27,242 bases of DNA from Armatimonadia bacterium (GTDB lineage Bacteria; Armatimonadota; Zipacnadia; Zipacnadales; UBA11051). The notes under the pieces are model-generated. The model ran no database searches. It was given only the letters and a program-made list of their open reading frames with translations, and was not told the origin of the DNA. Both the position numbers and the translations under genes were made by a program. The stretch is from the NCBI GenBank assembly GCA_039683575.1, contig JBDKRC010000164.1, positions 1-27,242 of the forward strand. The letters run 5' to 3'. Below are positions 10,077 through 17,252 of this stretch, piece by piece (within the stretch, counting starts at the first letter, position 1; each line of letters begins with the position of its first letter).

Positions 10077-11190
10077 CGCCAGCCTCTGCCCGGCTTCTCT
10101 GCTCGTGCTGCTGGGGCTGATAATCTCATTAACCTGCCACGGCTGTGGCCGCAAGTCGGCCCCAGCCGTGTCGTTCTCGGGCCGCCCGCCGCGTGTCGCC
10201 CACGTCTTCACGGCCCGTCTGATGAATGAGCACCCACTGTACGAGCAGTACCGCCGTCTGGAGCAGGAGATCGCCGCCCTGCGCCGCCCTTGTGTCGTGC
10301 CCGCCCTGTCGCCTCTCTTTCTCGACATGGGCGAGCTCATCATCCCCGGTCCGGAGCCTCCCTCCTTCCCCCTCGAGCAATTCACCGAGCGCCGCCACGA
10401 CTGGGAGCTTACCCTCCTCCCGCCGCCCACGCCGCCACCCTCCGATCTCGCCCCCGACCTCGCTGCCCGTCTGCGCTGGGCCGAAGCCCGCGCTAAAGAG
10501 CAAACCAGCGAGCAGCTCGCCGCAGTCCGCAACGAGCAGGATAGCATCGTCGCGGCAGTACGCGCCAAGGCCGTTCGCGACCGTCAGGAAGCCCTGAACA
10601 ATGTCGGTCTCGACCTGACAATCAAGGAGGCGGACCTGCCGGAGGCCACCGAGCGCGAGCGACGCCGTCTCTGGGCTGAGATCGAGGCCGAAGTGTCGGC
10701 TGCCCGGGCCGCTGCAGATCAGAGGATAAAGGCCGCACGCCAGCGTCTCGTTCAGCAGGAGGCCCGCGGGGTCGCCGAGTCCGAGGCCGAAATCCGCGGC
10801 CTGATGAGAAAAAGATTGGAGATTTCTCTAAAAAGCGGAAGCGAAACCAAAAGTCGCATGTCTAACGCCATAACGCCCCCGCAAGCGCCGCCCATGCAGC
10901 GCCAGGTGGCGTGGAGCCCCCAGGTCTCCATAGCCTCCGCTGCGGCGCTGAGGCCCTCGGTTCCGGCTCTCGCGGCTTCTGACCAGCGTCTGCGTATGGC
11001 CCAGGCCGCCCGCCTCGCTGCTCAGCGCGCCAAACTCGGTTCTGAGATCCTTGAAGCAGTCGCTGTCGCCTCCCAACGCCTCGCGGGCCTGCAGGGCATG
11101 ACCCTGAGCTTTCCCCCGGGCGAACGGGCCGCAGGCCGCGACGTCACAGAGCAGATAAGACCGCAACTGCGGCAAATGTATACACCGTAG
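10057..11190 (+). CDS. Putative lipoprotein, divergent extended Skp/OmpH-like coiled-coil protein (~377 aa)
   Basis: AAGGAG RBS at 10045, ATG 10057, hydrophobic stretch ending in HGC (lipobox-like), Skp-like ends (RVAHVFTARLMNEHP; AVAVASQRLAGLQGMTL...DVTEQI). Confidence 0.6.
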   Translation: MGARRSNASLCPASLLVLLGLIISLTCHGCGRKSAPAVSFSGRPPRVAHVFTARLMNEHPLYEQYRRLEQEIAALRRPCVVPALSPLFLDMGELIIPGPEPPSFPLEQFTERRHDWELTLLPPPTPPPSDLAPDLAARLRWAEARAKEQTSEQLAAVRNEQDSIVAAVRAKAVRDRQEALNNVGLDLTIKEADLPEATERERRRLWAEIEAEVSAARAAADQRIKAARQRLVQQEARGVAESEAEIRGLMRKRLEISLKSGSETKSRMSNAITPPQAPPMQRQVAWSPQVSIASAAALRPSVPALAASDQRLRMAQAARLAAQRAKLGSEILEAVAVASQRLAGLQGMTLSFPPGERAAGRDVTEQIRPQLRQMYTP

Positions 11191-11255
11191 GGGCGGACCG
11201 TGGTCCGCCCGATCCCGCTGTAGGGCGGGGGCTCGTACCCCGCCGGCCGTCATCA
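11187..11255 (+). repeat. GTAG REP cluster (REP-B at 11187-11210, REP-A at 11220-11244)
   Basis: GTAGGGGCGGACCGTGGTCCGCCC followed by GTAGGGCGGGGGCTCGTACCCCGCCGGCCGTCATCA; the first GTAG contains the upstream gene's stop codon. Confidence 0.85.
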
Positions 11256-11334
11256 ACGATCACAAACCATCACGCGCTACCTTGGCGCGGTCGTACAGCC
11301 AGCCCGTTTCCGACGATCCGCAGGAGGGTTTCAC

Positions 11335-12375
11335 TTGACCGTCGCGATACCGCTCTCGAAGATAGCCGCCCTGGTAGAGGGGCAAATCGAAGGTGACGAG
11401 GTCACCATTACCGGCGTCAACACCATTGATGACGCCGCTGAGGGTCAGATCGCGTTCGTCGAGCGTGCCGATCTCCTCGCCCTGGGCGAGGCTTCGTCAG
11501 CCGCCGCCCTGATCGTCTCACCCGAGATCAAGACCACCTCCAAGCCGATCATCGTCACCGAAGACCCCCGCCTTGCCTTCAGCAAGGTACTCGAACTCTT
11601 CGCTCCCGAGCGCCGCGTCTATGAGGGTATCCACCCGACCGCGGTCATCGGCAGCAATGCCACCATCGCCGATGGCGTCAGCATCGGCGCGCACGCCGTA
11701 CTCGGCGACAACGTCAGCCTCGGCGCTGGCACGGTAATCCACCCCCTGGCCTACGTGGGCCATGACGTGTGCATCGGTGAGGACTGCCAGATCCATCCGC
11801 AGGTCTTTGTCGGCGAGCGCGTTACAATCGGCGACCGCTGCATCGTCCACGCCGGCGCGGCCCTTGGCTGCGACGGCTTTGGCTACCTCCAGCAGCCCAC
11901 TGGCCACCGCAAGATCCCCCAGATCGGTACCGTCATCATCGAAAACGACGTGGAGATCGGGGCCAACTGCACTGTAGACCGCGCGACTATCGCCGCGACT
12001 ATCATTGGCGCCGGCACCAAGATTGACGACGCCGTCCACATTGCCCACAACTGCGTCATCGGCAAGAACTGCCTGTTCGCCGGCCAGGTCGGCATCGCGG
12101 GCAGCACCGAAGTCGGCGACTGTGTCATCATGGGCGGCCAGGTCGGCGTCAACGACCACGTCCGCATCAGCGGCAACACAGTGGTAGCGGCCCAGGCTGG
12201 CGTCTTCTCGGACCTCGAGGAGCCCGGGATCTACTCAGGGTACCCCGCCCGCAACCACCGCGGCCAGATGAGAGTCCTCGCGGCCACGCAGAAGCTTCCC
12301 GACCTGGTGAAGACCATTCGCGAGCTCCAGGAGCGCATAGGGCAACTGGAAGCCCGCCTAAGCTCCAAAGAGTAA
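11335..12375 (+). CDS. lpxD: UDP-3-O-(3-hydroxyacyl)glucosamine N-acyltransferase
   Basis: LpxD N-domain (EDPRLAF), hexapeptide repeats, GCDGFGY, KIPQIG, VEIGANCTVDR, TKIDDAVHIAHNC. AGGAGG RBS and TTG start. Confidence 0.95.
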   Translation: MTVAIPLSKIAALVEGQIEGDEVTITGVNTIDDAAEGQIAFVERADLLALGEASSAAALIVSPEIKTTSKPIIVTEDPRLAFSKVLELFAPERRVYEGIHPTAVIGSNATIADGVSIGAHAVLGDNVSLGAGTVIHPLAYVGHDVCIGEDCQIHPQVFVGERVTIGDRCIVHAGAALGCDGFGYLQQPTGHRKIPQIGTVIIENDVEIGANCTVDRATIAATIIGAGTKIDDAVHIAHNCVIGKNCLFAGQVGIAGSTEVGDCVIMGGQVGVNDHVRISGNTVVAAQAGVFSDLEEPGIYSGYPARNHRGQMRVLAATQKLPDLVKTIRELQERIGQLEARLSSKE

Positions 12376-12402
12376 CGCTGAACGCACCAATAGTCCCCCA
12401 CC

Positions 12403-12429
12403 CAGGCGCTCCCCCTTCAGGAGCGCCTG
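12403..12429 (+). terminator. Hairpin downstream of lpxD (possible terminator)
   Basis: CAGGCGCTCC-7 nt-GGAGCGCCTG, 10-bp stem; weak U-tract. Confidence 0.4.
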
Positions 12430-12453
12430 TTCGCATGTAGCAGCTACAGTCGC

Positions 12454-12545
12454 GTAGGTCGGTTCGTCCCGAACCGACACCCCGTGGGAGGGGTCACTGA
12501 CCCCGACGGCCAAGTACGCCCGTGGGAGGGGTCACTGACCCCGAC
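12454..12545 (+). repeat. GTAG/GTGG REP-like cluster
   Basis: GTAG-GTCGGTTCG-TCC-CGAACCGAC (12454-12478), then two direct copies of CCCGTGGGAGGGGTCACTGACCCCGAC (12481 and 12519; 38-bp period). Confidence 0.8.
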
Positions 12546-12597
12546 CGGCCAAGCACCCGACCCGGTGATGCCAAAAACCGCCCTCAGCCTCTCTGCG

Positions 12598-12673
12598 TGT
12601 CATCCTGAGGTGCGTCGTTTGCGACGAAGGATCCCCCCATGCCCCGAGATCCTTCGCTTCGCTCAGGATGACA
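12598..12673. repeat. TGTCAT(C/T)CTGAG...CTCAG(G/A)ATGACA palindromic element
   Basis: Inverted termini TGTCATCCTGAG/CTCAGGATGACA plus inner CGAAGGATC/GATCCTTCG; same family as 20304-20380. Confidence 0.8.
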
Positions 12674-12711
12674 AGCCTCATCACACACTCGCATGCCCGC
12701 ACACGCCGCTC

Positions 12712-12899
12712 CCTCCGCAGGCCCGAAGGGCCGACCGGCCTCTAGCCCGGGGCGCAAGCCCCGGGTCACTCGCCCCCAATCACCTTGAGCCCCGAAGGGG
12801 CGCCAGAAACCGCTGGCGCCCCTTCGGGGCTCGAATCATGCCATGCCCGGCGCCGGGGCCTTGCGGCCCCGGCTATCATCCAACCGGCCCTTCGGGCCT
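12712..12899 (+). repeat. ~188-bp composite palindromic element (REP doublet/BIME-like), copy 1
   Basis: Built from GGCCCGAAGGGCC, CCCGGGGCGCAAGCCCCGGG and GAGCCCCGAAGGGGCG...CGCCCCTTCGGGGCTC hairpins; highly similar reverse-complement copies at 16394-16581 and 16639-16957. Confidence 0.9.
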
Positions 12900-13009
12900 A
12901 ACGCCCCCGCCTCGGCCCCGTTTCCCCTCCGCCATTACCGATTCCCCTTCTATCACCAAATGGTGTAGAATAATGACCAGACCCACTCCATCACTTCGAG
13001 GTATGGATT

Positions 13010-14779
13010 TTGACCAGGGGAAGTACACTTCTCGCCTTCTGTCTCAGCCTGCTGCTCACCGCTATCTGTCTGGCCCCCGCCTCCTCCGCGCAGTTCCTGC
13101 AGTTCTCTGCCGCGCGACAGGCGCAGGGCTCTGACGTGCTGGCCAATGGCAGGACCGTCATCCGTCTGCGCACCGGCGGCGGCGCGGGACAGATTTGCGG
13201 CAAGCTCACCAGCCTTGCCCTCGCGGGCCTTGCCCCGGGTCAGGTGACAGTCAAAGCGGCTAAGGACAGCGCTCAGCTCATCGCCGCTGGCACGGTACTG
13301 GCCACTGTTGACGCCAAGATGGCCGCGGCCTCCAAGAGCACCCCGGCCGGGCTTGTCGGCAACTGGGCAGCGAACCTCAAGGCCGCGCTGAGCACCCCCT
13401 ATGTCATCCTCGAATGCCGCGCGACCATGCCCGTGCCCCTCGGCGAGAAGCGCACCCTCAAGTGGGGTGGCACCGCCGGCACCGACCTCACTTTTGCCTC
13501 GCTCAAGCCCGACGTGGCGGCGCTTCACCTCGACAACGCGAAGGGGATTCTCTATGTCGAGGGCGTGGGACTGGGGCGCGGAGTCATTGAGGCGACGCTG
13601 GACAACCAGCAGGTGAACATAGAGGTCGAGGTCAAGGCCTGGGCCGTCCGGGTGCAGTCCCCGGTGGTCGCCGAGATCACCTCTCCCCCACTCCCGGCCG
13701 ATGACGTGCGGCGCACGGTTCGGAATGCAGTTCTGATGGGCGTCACACCGGCTCCCGGGGCCACTGTGGAACTCGGCGAGCCCCATCGCAGCGGGGGCGC
13801 ATACACCATTGAAGTCAAAGCCTCGGGCCGCGACTGCTTCGAGGTAGCCACGCCGGTCAGAGTAACGCTCAGGACGGTTCCAGCGCCGAAACGGCGCGCG
13901 CAGGAGGTGCTGGTCAGCAACGCTCCCGAGCGTATCCTGGAGCCCGTCACACTGCTGCGCGAGAACCTCGTAGGCCTCGCCCCGGTGCGCCTGCTGTGGC
14001 ACCATGTGAACTCCTCCCCCACCGCACTGCGCTTCGCAGTGAGAGTGGTTAACCGCGGCACCAAGACGGCCAAAATCCACCTCACCGAGGCCGCCACAGG
14101 GCCTATGACCGATGAGATATATGTGGGCCACACGGCCATGGCGCGGTTTGTGGGGCTGATTCAGCAGAGCGAGGGGTACATGCTGAGCGTCCCGGCGGGC
14201 AGCATGCTTGAGCTGTATGACACCAGGATACAGGTCGGTGGGATCGTGAGCGGGTTGGCGCTGATCACTCCGGTGGAAGCGGAGAATCTGATGCTGGAAG
14301 TGCTGGCGGAGAGAAGCTGGCCGACCACGGCCTACTTCGCTCCGGTGCCCGAGAGGCTGCTAAACGACCCGCCACTGACGCCGTACCGGTTTGAGGCCGA
14401 GAAGGTCGTAGAACTCGAGCACGAAGTCGGCGGGGCGTGGACTTTCTATCATGTTGGCAAGGAATACAGCACCAATCTGCAGGGGCAGAAGCTGTATGGG
14501 GACTATGGGGTGAACTACACCCTCAAATGCACCTTCCGCAACCCCTCTGACAAGCCGGCAAGGGGTGAAATGCACCTGCGGGCCAGCGGCGGGGTGGCGC
14601 GGTGCACATTCCTGCTCAACGGCAATATCCTCGAGACCGGGATGCTGCGGGGACTGAACGAGCAGATACTGCACAAGGTCGATCTGGCGCCTGGAGAGCA
14701 ACGCTCAGTTACCTTGATAACGATGCCGGAGTCCGGATCGAACTACCCGGTGACGCTGACCATGATGAGCCGCCAGTAG
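13010..14779 (+). CDS. Exported hypothetical protein with Ig-like segment and DUF3370-like C-terminal domain
   Basis: 589-aa ORF with TTG start and signal peptide; motifs VSNAPE, LLWHHVN and LYGDYGVNY recall the DUF3370-like SNSPE/HH/GNYGVxY pattern (recalled similarity, not searched). Confidence 0.7.
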   Translation: MTRGSTLLAFCLSLLLTAICLAPASSAQFLQFSAARQAQGSDVLANGRTVIRLRTGGGAGQICGKLTSLALAGLAPGQVTVKAAKDSAQLIAAGTVLATVDAKMAAASKSTPAGLVGNWAANLKAALSTPYVILECRATMPVPLGEKRTLKWGGTAGTDLTFASLKPDVAALHLDNAKGILYVEGVGLGRGVIEATLDNQQVNIEVEVKAWAVRVQSPVVAEITSPPLPADDVRRTVRNAVLMGVTPAPGATVELGEPHRSGGAYTIEVKASGRDCFEVATPVRVTLRTVPAPKRRAQEVLVSNAPERILEPVTLLRENLVGLAPVRLLWHHVNSSPTALRFAVRVVNRGTKTAKIHLTEAATGPMTDEIYVGHTAMARFVGLIQQSEGYMLSVPAGSMLELYDTRIQVGGIVSGLALITPVEAENLMLEVLAERSWPTTAYFAPVPERLLNDPPLTPYRFEAEKVVELEHEVGGAWTFYHVGKEYSTNLQGQKLYGDYGVNYTLKCTFRNPSDKPARGEMHLRASGGVARCTFLLNGNILETGMLRGLNEQILHKVDLAPGEQRSVTLITMPESGSNYPVTLTMMSRQ

Positions 14780-14816
14780 GGGCGTATGCTTGTCGTGGTA
14801 TCCCAACATGAAATCT

Positions 14817-15240
14817 AAAACTTACCAAATGGGGCCTTTTCGGGCCCCATTTTGGCTTCCGCGATCGAGACACTAGAACGCGCTACGGGGCAATGAGCAA
14901 GCTCTGTGGGCCGTTTGGACTATTCAACGAAACCCGCAAGTAGTGGATTCTGCTTTGGGTAAGCTCAGAAATGGCCCCAGAGCCACGTAGGGGCCATCAG
15001 GAGCCGTTTTCGCTCTTGCCGGATTGCTTAGTGCAACAAAAGCCAGGAAATCGGGGGCTTTTCGAGCGGCATTTCGGGGTGCCAACCGCGCACTCGCGAA
15101 ACGCGCTGTGGGCCAGTGAGTGGCGGCTACGGGGCAGCGAGACTATTCAACGAAAGCCTTAAATAGGGGGTCTTTCAGAACTGAAGCAGACGAAAATGCC
15201 ACTGGGAGCCACGGAGAGGGCATTTTCCGCCATTTGTGTC
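14817..15240. repeat. Degenerate tandem duplication, ~223-bp period, in a lower-GC convergent spacer
   Basis: Exact GACTATTCAACGAAA at 14918 and 15141; AACGCGCT at 14877 and 15100; CTTTTCG at 14836 and 15058; GAGCCACG at 14980 and 15206. Confidence 0.75.
14827..14853 (+). terminator. Possible intrinsic terminator
   Basis: AAATGGGGCC-TTTTCG-GGCCCCATTT(T), about 50 bp after the stop at 14779. Confidence 0.5.
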
Positions 15241-15326
15241 GGCTGAGCGAATCAGAAATTCACAGCTTCTCGTTCAGTTCAAGGGCCAGGCAGAGCAGGA
15301 TCACAAAGGGTACATCGGCGTCTGCT

Positions 15327-15363
15327 TAAGCCCTGCGACATGACAACTGTCGCGGTAGGCTTA
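15327..15363 (-). terminator. Imperfect hairpin just downstream of the FecR-domain gene
   Basis: TAAGCC-CTGCGACA-loop-TGTCGCGG-TA-GGCTTA. Confidence 0.35.
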
Positions 15364-15375
15364 TGTAGGAACTAC

Positions 15376-16257
15376 CTACTTTCGCACCGCGACCTTGACC
15401 TCTTCCGTAGAGACATACCCCCGGCGATCCCGCGCGGTTACTTTTATCGTGAAGCTACCAGGTTTGAGTGGCGCCGTCACCGACGAGTTGAACAGACCCT
15501 GAAGCCGGACCGGAGCTTCCTGACCATTGACCGCAACCCGAGCCCCGGCCTCGGACACTCCGCGGACGTCAACCAGCGATCCGGGAGCCACAACCCGCCC
15601 GGCCAGTGGCTCGCGCAGTTCGAGGTTCGGCCCTGCGATACTGCGGTTCTGAGACCACAGGTTGTCCTCTTCCCTGCTAAGCTGCGGAAGCACCTGCCCG
15701 CCCTGTGCCATCTTCCCTGGCACCACGGCCTCCTCCGCATGGTCCCCCTTGACCATGACCTTCCCCTCGATCACGGACACGACCGTCTTGCCCGCCGGGT
15801 CTACGGCAACTGAGAAGACAGTGCCACGCACGCCGGCGGTGGCGGTGGGGGTCATGACCTCGAACTTGGACTTGTTGGAGAGTGTCTTAAGTACCCTGAT
15901 CCACACGCGGCCGAGATCGAGGCGGAACAATGAAGTCTCGGCCTTGGTCATGGAATTGATCTGGCACTTGAGGATGGTGACGACCGAGTTGGGGCCCAGG
16001 CGCATGCGGGTGCCGTCGAGCCAGTGAAGACTGAGGCTGGCCCCATCGCCAGTGCGGAGGGTGTCGCCCGCGGCCACGCGCTCGCGGCCGGCCAGGGCAA
16101 CGAACTCGGCGGCGCCACGCTGCTTGACCCAGACGAAGCCGCGGACGTCAGAGACGGCGGCAACGCGCTGGAGGATTACCAGTGACTGGGCAATGAGCGC
16201 GGCGACGATGATGCAGGTGACGCCGAGGGTCAGGAGTAGTACAACAGCTTTTCGCAT
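15376..16257 (-). CDS. FecR-domain exported/membrane-anchored protein with C-terminal Ig-like domain (~293 aa)
   Basis: FecR motifs GDTLRTG, DGTRMRLGPNS and TPTATAGVRGTVFSV...VSVIEGKV; N-terminal hydrophobic helix. AGAGGA RBS before ATG 16257, preferred over 16377. Confidence 0.85.
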   Translation of the reverse strand: MRKAVVLLLTLGVTCIIVAALIAQSLVILQRVAAVSDVRGFVWVKQRGAAEFVALAGRERVAAGDTLRTGDGASLSLHWLDGTRMRLGPNSVVTILKCQINSMTKAETSLFRLDLGRVWIRVLKTLSNKSKFEVMTPTATAGVRGTVFSVAVDPAGKTVVSVIEGKVMVKGDHAEEAVVPGKMAQGGQVLPQLSREEDNLWSQNRSIAGPNLELREPLAGRVVAPGSLVDVRGVSEAGARVAVNGQEAPVRLQGLFNSSVTAPLKPGSFTIKVTARDRRGYVSTEEVKVAVRK

Positions 16258-16341
16258 GAGATTGTCCTCTGGCGAAAGGGCGGTTTGATTTGGATCTTTG
16301 GCACGATAATGATATACCCTTGAGGTGATTGGGTCAAACGG

Positions 16342-16367
16342 CGGGGAACGGGGAACGTGGAACGGGA
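16342..16367. repeat. Heptamer tandem repeat (CGGGGAA-like)
   Basis: cggggaacggggaacgtggaacggga. Confidence 0.55.
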
Positions 16368-16393
16368 GGAGGGGCAAACGGTTCGAGGGCCCC

Positions 16394-16581
16394 AGGCCCG
16401 AAGGGCCGGTTGGATGCTAGCCGGGGCCGCAAGGCCCCGGTGCGAGACATGGCATGATTGGAGCCCCGAAGGGGCGCTAGCGGTTTCTGTCGCCCCTTCG
16501 GGGCTCAAGGCGATTGGGGGCGGGTGACCCGGGGCTTGCGCCCCGGGCTAGAGGCCGGTCGGCCCTTCGGGCCTGCGGAGG
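16394..16581 (-). repeat. ~188-bp composite palindromic element, copy 2 (inverted relative to copy 1)
   Basis: Reverse complement of 12712-12899 with scattered substitutions. Confidence 0.9.
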
Positions 16582-16638
16582 CGACGGCGGGCGTTAGGCC
16601 CGAAGGGCCGGTTGGAGGCGACGGCGGGCGGGCGCTAC

Positions 16639-16957
16639 GCCCCAAGGGCCGGTTGGAGGTTAGCCGGGGGCGCAAGGTTGTGTTCAAAAGAGTATGTGAT
16701 GCCCCAGAGTGATCGTGGGAGGGCTCTCCAGAGCCCGATCCGTGCGGTCTGGGAGCCATGTCGGGCCCTGGAGAGCCCTCCCACAAGCGTTTCCTAACAC
16801 AACCGCAAGGCCCCGGTGCGAGACATGGCACGATTGGAGCCCCGAAGGGGCGCCAGCGGTTTCTGTCGCCCCTTCGGGGCTCAACGCGATTGGGGGCGGG
16901 TGACCCGGGGCTTGCGCCCCGGGCTAGAGGCCGGTCGGCCCTTCGGGCCTGCGGAGG
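16639..16957 (-). repeat. ~188-bp composite element, copy 3, interrupted by a 129-bp insertion
   Basis: 16803-16957 nearly duplicates 16425-16581; the left part resumes at 16639-16675. Confidence 0.85.
16676..16804. mobile_element. 129-bp MITE-like insertion with 9-bp TIRs and 4-bp target duplication
   Basis: GCAA-[GGTTGTGTT...AACACAACC]-GCAA; the empty site GGCCGCAAGGCCCC is visible in copy 2. Contains an inner inverted pair GTGGGAGGGCTCTCCAGAGCCCGA/TCGGGCCCTGGAGAGCCCTCCCAC (16715-16784). Confidence 0.75.
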
Positions 16958-16975
16958 CTACGGCGGGCGGGCGAT

Positions 16976-17125
16976 AGGCCCGAAGAGCCGGTTGGAGGCG
17001 ACGGGCGGGCGCTAGGCCCGAAGAGCCGGTTGGAGGCGACGGCGGGCGACAGGCCCGAAGGGCCGGTTGGAGGCGACGGCGGGCGCTAGGCCCGAAGGGC
17101 CGGTTGGCGGCGACGGCGGGCGGGC
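16976..17125. repeat. Tandem array of four 37-38-bp units
   Basis: AGGCCCGAAGRGCCGGTTGGAGGCGACGGCGGGCG units start at 16976, 17014, 17051 and 17088; derived from the end of the 188-bp element, with another unit near 16596. Confidence 0.85.
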
Positions 17126-17225
17126 ACGATGATTTCGAGGCATTGACCGGCGGAGATGAAGAGGAGAACCGGGGAAAAGCGGGAATAGTCATTGTTTGCG
17201 ACGATGACGAGCCCCACGCGACGGG

Positions 17226-17250
17226 CTGAACCCTGAACCCTGAACCCTGA
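17226..17250. repeat. Heptamer repeat (CTGAACC)x3.5 directly before the kinase start
   Basis: ctgaaccctgaaccctgaaccctga ends 2 bp before ATG 17253. Confidence 0.75.
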
Positions 17251-17252
17251 CT

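Noticed and set aside
12484-13134. 216-aa ORF, and the similar short ORFs across 16230-17309 and 26348-27001
   Set aside because: They run through GC-rich palindromic repeats, lack recognisable motifs or RBSs, and are explained by stop-codon scarcity.
14780-15375. Canonical DnaA-box oriC
   Set aside because: No TTATCCACA/TGTGGATAA consensus seen by eye (only matches with 2 or more mismatches, such as AAATTCACA) and no dnaA-region genes, so it is not annotated as oriC; kept only as a hypothesis in findings.
15376-16257. FecR-domain gene as the anti-sigma for the ECF sigma factor
   Set aside because: It is 8 kb away and lacks a cytoplasmic N-terminal anti-sigma domain; the hydrophobic helix starts almost immediately after Met.
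12712-16581. Composite transposon
   Set aside because: No transposase, no flanking target duplication recognised, and the flanking repeats belong to a multi-copy REP-like family.
16976-17125. 37-bp periodic array as a CRISPR array
   Set aside because: Units are contiguous near-identical repeats without unique spacers, derive from the REP composite element, and no cas genes are present.
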